Shown here one piece after another: positions 58,954 through 64,000 of a DNA stretch of 64,000 bases. The stretch is taken from contig CBDFLE010000004.1 of assembly GCA_965248925.1 (NCBI GenBank), positions 1 through 64,000 on the forward strand, in the 5' to 3' direction. The stretch is from Candidatus Multivoradales bacterium (GTDB lineage Bacteria; Acidobacteriota; Thermoanaerobaculia; Multivoradales; J023). Numbering within the stretch: position 1 is the stretch's first letter; the number at the start of each line of letters is the position of its first letter. The notes beneath the pieces are model-generated. The model had not been told where the DNA came from and did no database searches. It worked only from the letters and a program-made list of their open reading frames with translations. The translations under genes were made by a program, and so were the position numbers.

Positions 58954-59110
58954 TTTCGTAGCCTAGCTTGGGCACTGCGGCAGTTCAACCGAGAAGTTGG
59001 TTCTTCGACCTAGGCTCATCGCCAAGCGGCGTGGAATCTCCTATGATCAGGGGAATAGGGACACGGTGACCGAGGACGCGGTGGCTGGATCCTCCTGACG
59101 AGGGTAGAGA

Positions 59111-59809
59111 ATGAGTGACAACGAATCGAGTTATTACGAGATTGCCTTGACTAACCGCCAGGTGTTGGTGGCCTTTGTGGCGCTGCTGGTTTTGGTTTTG
59201 GCGGTTTTCTTGGGCGGTGTATGGCTGGGCCGTGGTCAGCAACGGCCGTTGGGTGAAGACCTTTTTGCTTCCGCGGACCTGGGTGATGACCAACTCGGTG
59301 AACTCGAAGAGCTAAGCTTCTTCGACTCGCCTGGCGATGTCGGCGCAGAGACCGAGGAGCTCGACAAGCCGGATCTCGGCAAGCTCGAGCCGCGCCCCGA
59401 CACCACCTTGGCGCAAGATGTCGACCGTCAACCGCGGCCCAGGCAGCAAGAGTCGCCGCCACCGGCTAGTGCCCAAGCGCCGCCCCCGCCCCGTCGCACC
59501 ACGCCGCCCCCGCCCCGGGCACAGCCCAAGCCGGTTCAGACTAAGCCGGCGCCGCCAACCGCTGCTGCTGCCGATCAGTTCGTGGTGCAGGTGTTCTCGA
59601 CCGGTGACGAGCCGCAAGCGCGCAAGATGCTCAAGCGGCTGACCGATTCTGGGTACCGCGCCTTCCTCTCACCGGTCAAAGTCAAGAATCAGACCATGTA
59701 CCGGGTGCGCCTCGGTCCCTTCGACCAACGTAGCGTGGCCGAGAAGAAGGGCAGTGAGGTCAATCGAAAATTCAAGATCGACACCTGGATCACCGCCGCC
59801 ACCAATTGA
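59111..59809 (+). CDS. SPOR-domain cell division protein
   Basis: TM helix, Pro-rich linker, FVVQVFS...MYRVRLGPF. Confidence 0.9.
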   Translation: MSDNESSYYEIALTNRQVLVAFVALLVLVLAVFLGGVWLGRGQQRPLGEDLFASADLGDDQLGELEELSFFDSPGDVGAETEELDKPDLGKLEPRPDTTLAQDVDRQPRPRQQESPPPASAQAPPPPRRTTPPPPRAQPKPVQTKPAPPTAAAADQFVVQVFSTGDEPQARKMLKRLTDSGYRAFLSPVKVKNQTMYRVRLGPFDQRSVAEKKGSEVNRKFKIDTWITAATN

Positions 59810-59846
59810 TCGCGGCGGCAGCATCAGAATTGGTTGGCGAGCAGCC

Positions 59847-61340
59847 ATGAGTGGAGCATTCGGTGGGCGCTGGCGTGTTCTGACGGCGGCGCTGCTAGCG
59901 ATTCTTGGCGGCCTGCTGTGGAGCCTGTGTTTTGGCCGCCAAGAAGTGCCGTGGTTGCCATGGGTGGGTCTGGCGCCTCTTTTCTTGCTGGCAGGCGGGC
60001 GGCGCCCCTTCTTGCTCGGCTGGCTTTACGGTACCGCTTTCTGGCTCGGCGCGGTGCCGTGGATCGTCCACACCTTGAAGACGTTTGGCGGCTTGTCAGC
60101 GCCGCTGGCGGTCGTCTTGCTATTCTTGATGGCACTGTACCTGGGGCTCTACTCGGCTCTTTTCGTGCGCCTGGCGGCGCCGGTTTGGCGCCGCGGTGGG
60201 GGTTGGGCCCTACTCGGCCTACCCGCCTTGTGGGTAGCAGTAGAGTGGCTTCGAGCCCATCTTTTCGGCGGTTTCCCCTGGAACTTGACGGCCTATGCCT
60301 GGGTCGAGGTCGGCGGCGCGCTGCCGCTTGCCGCCTGGGTGGGGGCCTATGGGGTGTCTTGGTTGGTGGCGTGGGTCGGAGTCGGGTTGGCGCTTGGCTG
60401 GCGCTATCGCTGCTGGCAGCTGGCGGTTCTTGCTGGGCTGGTGCCCCTAGTGTTGTTGTCGGTCGCCGGCCGCTGGAGCGGTCGGCTGGACGGAGAACCC
60501 AATCGCCCCGCTCTAGAAGTTCGCATCATCCAGCCCAACTCACCGCTGGGCAGCTCGGATCCGGCGGTCTATTGGCGGCAATATCGCCACTTGATCGAGC
60601 TCTCAGAACAAGCTTGCGATGCCAGCAAACCGCTGCTGCTGTGGCCCGAGAGCGCTGCTTGGCCCCATCGGCTGACCTTGTCGGCGGTTCTCCGAGATGA
60701 TCTCGAGCGGCTGGGCGAGCGGGGCTGTGGGGTGATTCTCAGCAGTGTTAGCCTGGGAGCTGGCGGCGAGCTTTACAACTCGGCTTTCTTGGTTGCCACC
60801 GATGGTTCGACAAGCCGCTACGATAAGCGCCAGCTGGTGCCTTTCGGTGAGTTCGTGCCCTTTGCCGAAGTGCTGCCTTTTGTCGACACCTTGGCTCGCG
60901 AGGCGGGCCACTTCACTGCAGGCCGCAACGCAGGCTTGTTGCCTTGGCGGGGTGAGCAGATCGCCATGGCGATCTGCTATGAGGTGATCTTCCCTCAGGC
61001 CGTGGCCGAACAAGTGCGGGCCGGCGCGACCCTGCTGGCGACCGTTACCAACGATGGCTGGTATGGGGACACCGCCGCTCCTTGGCAGCATTTCCGCGCC
61101 GCCCGTTTCCGCGCCGCGGAGACCCGCCGTCCAATGCTGCGGGCTGCCCTGACCGGCGTCTCTGGGTTGATCGATGCCCAAGGTGCGGTGCAGCAGTTGC
61201 TGCGGGTGGGGGAGGAAGGGGTGCTGGCGGCGCGGGTTTTCGGCGCCAGCGGGTTGACCCCCTACGTACGCTGGCCGTGGCTAGTACCCAGTTTGGCAGT
61301 CTTGCTTGGCCTCGTGTCCCTGGCAGCTGCTCGACGCTGA
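59847..61340 (+). CDS. lnt: Apolipoprotein N-acyltransferase
   Basis: GFPW, QPN, WPES, YNSA, YDKRQLVPFGEFVP, ICYE, TNDGWYG. Confidence 0.95.
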   Translation: MSGAFGGRWRVLTAALLAILGGLLWSLCFGRQEVPWLPWVGLAPLFLLAGGRRPFLLGWLYGTAFWLGAVPWIVHTLKTFGGLSAPLAVVLLFLMALYLGLYSALFVRLAAPVWRRGGGWALLGLPALWVAVEWLRAHLFGGFPWNLTAYAWVEVGGALPLAAWVGAYGVSWLVAWVGVGLALGWRYRCWQLAVLAGLVPLVLLSVAGRWSGRLDGEPNRPALEVRIIQPNSPLGSSDPAVYWRQYRHLIELSEQACDASKPLLLWPESAAWPHRLTLSAVLRDDLERLGERGCGVILSSVSLGAGGELYNSAFLVATDGSTSRYDKRQLVPFGEFVPFAEVLPFVDTLAREAGHFTAGRNAGLLPWRGEQIAMAICYEVIFPQAVAEQVRAGATLLATVTNDGWYGDTAAPWQHFRAARFRAAETRRPMLRAALTGVSGLIDAQGAVQQLLRVGEEGVLAARVFGASGLTPYVRWPWLVPSLAVLLGLVSLAAARR

Positions 61341-61397
61341 TATATTCCACTCAAATTCGCGGGTCCGAGCCCGCCACCTTTGAGGAGGCTTTCGCAG

Positions 61398-62514
61398 ATG
61401 ATTCCCAACCAGCTCAGCGGGAAGATAGACCACCTGACCCAGCAGCTCAGCCAACTGCGGAGGTATCTTTGAACAGGGTGACCTGGAGGATCAGCTAGCC
61501 GAGATCGACGCCGAGATCGAGGCCCCTGGTTTCTGGGACCGTCCCGCCGAGAGTGCTCCGGTGCTGCAGAAGCGGCGCGGTTTGGAGAAGAAGCTTGAAA
61601 CCCGTCGGCAGTTGGCCGAGGATGCCGAAGAGTTGGCTACTTGGCGCGAGTTGTTGGCTGAGGGCGATGGGGTCGAAGAGGCCGCCGAATTCATCCGCCG
61701 GTTGATCAGCGATGTCGACCGTCTGGAACTCGAACTCAAGTTGTCCGGTCCCGACGACGCGCTCAGCGCCATCCTGGCGATCCACCCGGGGGCTGGCGGC
61801 ACCGAATCTCAGGATTGGGCCGAAATGCTTCTGCGCATGTACTTGCGCTATGGCGAACAGCATGGTTTTGCAATCGAGGTTCTCGACCGTCAGGCCGCCG
61901 CCGAGGCCGGTATCAAGAGCGCCACGATAGCCATCCGCGGCGAGAATGCATATGGCTACTTGCGTAGCGAGACCGGAGTGCATCGGCTGGTGCGGATTAG
62001 TCCCTACGATGCTGCAAGTCGCCGCCATACCTCCTTCGCTTCGGTCCACGCCTATCCCGAGATCGACGATACGGTCGAGATCGAAATCAACGACAAAGAT
62101 CTGCGCATCGACACCTACCGTTCCTCAGGCGCCGGCGGGCAGCATGTCAATGTCACCGATTCGGCGGTGCGGATCACCCATCTGCCGACCAACATCGTCG
62201 TCACCTGTCAGAACGAACGCAGCCAGCATAAGAACCGCGCCACGGCGATGAAGATCCTGCGTTCCCGGCTTTATGATCTGGAGATGAAAAAACGCGCCGA
62301 TGAGCAGGCGGAGCGCGAGGGCAAGAAGAAGGAAATCGCCTGGGGCAGCCAGATTCGCTCCTACGTTTTGCATCCCTACCGCATGGTCAAAGACCACCGC
62401 ACCAAGGTTGAAGTGGGAGATACCGATCGGGTGCTCGACGGTGATCTCGATCCTTTCATCGAGGCTTGGCTGCGCGAGGGTCTCGATGAGTCGGCCGAGG
62501 AGAACGGCGGCTAG
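61398..62514 (+). CDS. prfB: Peptide chain release factor 2 with programmed +1 frameshift
   Basis: ATG 61398. GGAGG-TAT-CTT-TGA at 61459-61472, with the +1 frame continuing into GAGGTESQDW, SPY, GGQ. Confidence 0.96.
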
Positions 62515-62522
62515 GCCGGCCG

Positions 62523-64000
62523 ATGTCCTCGGCATTGGCCATCGATCTGGTCTCGCCGTTGCCGCCGGTGCGTTCGGGCATCGCCGACTACAGCGCCGAC
62601 CTGCTGCCGGCACTGGCCGAGTTGGCCGATCTGCGCTTAGTGGAGTTGGCTGGACAGCCGCTGGCCGAGGAGTTCCGTCGGGACTATCCGGTAGTTGCCG
62701 CCGAGCGCTGTGGTGAAGATGGCCGCTTGCCCCTCTACCAGATGGGCAACAACCGCTATCACCTGGAGGTCGAGCAGCTGGCGCGACGCTTGCCGGGAGT
62801 GATGACCTTGCATGACATCGTGCTGCATCACCTGCTCATCGAGCAGACCGCCGAGCGGGGCGACTACGAGTCCTACCGCCAGCGTCTGACCGCCGATCAT
62901 GGCTGGATCGGTGCTGCCGCCGCTTTGCCATTGCGCTGGCCGGGAGGGTCGGGCGACGCCGCCCAATTCGCCCTGGCCGCCCACCGCGGCTTGCTGGCCA
63001 CTCAGCGTGGCGTGGTGGTGCACAGTCGCTGGGCGGCTGATCTGCTCGGCGAGGAACTCGGCGCCGCGGCACGGATCGGCGTGGTGCCGATGGGCATGCC
63101 CCTCGGGGAGCGGGACGGGTTAGCGGCTGGAGAGCCCATTGGATTGGCTTTCCGCCGTCGCCACGCCTTGCCCGAATCCTCGCCGCTGCTCGGCGCCTTT
63201 GGCTTTCAGACGCCGATCAAGCGTACCGACGTGGCGATTCGCGCGCTGGCCGCTCCGGCGCTGGCTGAGGTCCATTTGCTGGTCGCTGGCGAGGTGCCGG
63301 AGATCTATGACCTTGAAGCCGAAGCGCGCCGGGCCGGAGTCGGCGAGCGAGTGCATTTTCTCGGCTTTCTCGACTTCGACGACTGGCAGGCGGGGATCGC
63401 CGCTTGCGATCTGTGCCTCAACCTGCGCTATCCGACCGCTGGCGAGACCTCGGCCTCGCTGTTGCGTATCTTGGCTCTCGGCAAGCCGGTGGTGGTGTCG
63501 GATTTCGCCCAATTCGTTGAACTGCCGGCTGCAATCGCGGTGCGGGTGCCGCTGGGTGAGGGCGAAGTCGCCGCCTTGGCCAAGAGCTTGGCCGAGTTGC
63601 TAGCCGCCCCCGGCAAGCTGGCCGAGATGGCGCTCGCGGCTCGCCGCTTCGTCGCTAGCCAGCATTCCATAGAGGCATCCGCGATGGCCTTGGTCGAGTA
63701 TTGTCGCGGCTGCCAAGAGCAGCCACCGATGGCCCTCGGCGAACCTCGCCTGGCGCCTCCCACTAGCTTGGCGTGGCAGGAGTTTGCCGGGGAAATCGAA
63801 GTCGAGGGCGCCGAGCTTCCCTGGCCGGCCGGAGAGCGCAGGCGGTTGCGGGTGCGGTTGGCCAACACCGGCCAAGCCCGATGGCTGGCCGGCGAGTGTC
63901 TGGCAGGCGGAGTGGCGGTGCAGTTAGAAGTGCTGGCGGGTGGCCGCGATTTGCGGTCGGAGGAGCCTTGGATCGGCCTACCCTTCGATCTCGATCCCGG
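62523..64000 (+). CDS. Glycosyltransferase family 4 protein (runs off the window end)
   Basis: SPLPPVRSGIADYS, YQMGNN, VMTLHD, NLRYPTAGETSASL. Confidence 0.88.
   Translation, partial: MSSALAIDLVSPLPPVRSGIADYSADLLPALAELADLRLVELAGQPLAEEFRRDYPVVAAERCGEDGRLPLYQMGNNRYHLEVEQLARRLPGVMTLHDIVLHHLLIEQTAERGDYESYRQRLTADHGWIGAAAALPLRWPGGSGDAAQFALAAHRGLLATQRGVVVHSRWAADLLGEELGAAARIGVVPMGMPLGERDGLAAGEPIGLAFRRRHALPESSPLLGAFGFQTPIKRTDVAIRALAAPALAEVHLLVAGEVPEIYDLEAEARRAGVGERVHFLGFLDFDDWQAGIAACDLCLNLRYPTAGETSASLLRILALGKPVVVSDFAQFVELPAAIAVRVPLGEGEVAALAKSLAELLAAPGKLAEMALAARRFVASQHSIEASAMALVEYCRGCQEQPPMALGEPRLAPPTSLAWQEFAGEIEVEGAELPWPAGERRRLRVRLANTGQARWLAGECLAGGVAVQLEVLAGGRDLRSEEPWIGLPFDLDP

Overview
GC-rich bacterial chromosomal window. 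Gene style (TPR-kinase, C-terminal FADGFESG motif, small Cys-rich secreted proteins) suggests Acidobacteriota/Thermoanaerobaculia, which is an inference. Contents in order: an intact IS3-family element interrupting a secreted-protein gene, an AAA-DUF4143 ATPase, ferredoxin, upp, an attenuator-controlled ilvD-ilvC-ilvG-ilvM-ilvE operon, coxG, a Ser/Thr kinase-TPR protein, M1/M28/M14 peptidases, a solo parC, a vapBC-type TA pair, an IS3 remnant, a sigma54-dependent MacAB-like efflux operon with its two-component system, xerD, LytS/LytTR, korAB, lepB, ampG, a DnaA-box-rich AT-rich intergenic region (oriC candidate), rluA-family, lnt, a frameshifted prfB and a truncated glycosyltransferase. The most striking feature is the ORF-free ~630 nt region 35821-36450. 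A cobalamin-riboswitch-like aptamer is followed there not by a protein gene but by a densely base-paired, plus-strand, GOLLD-like giant noncoding RNA. No tRNA, rRNA or CRISPR array was seen. All family calls are from motif recognition by eye, without database searches.
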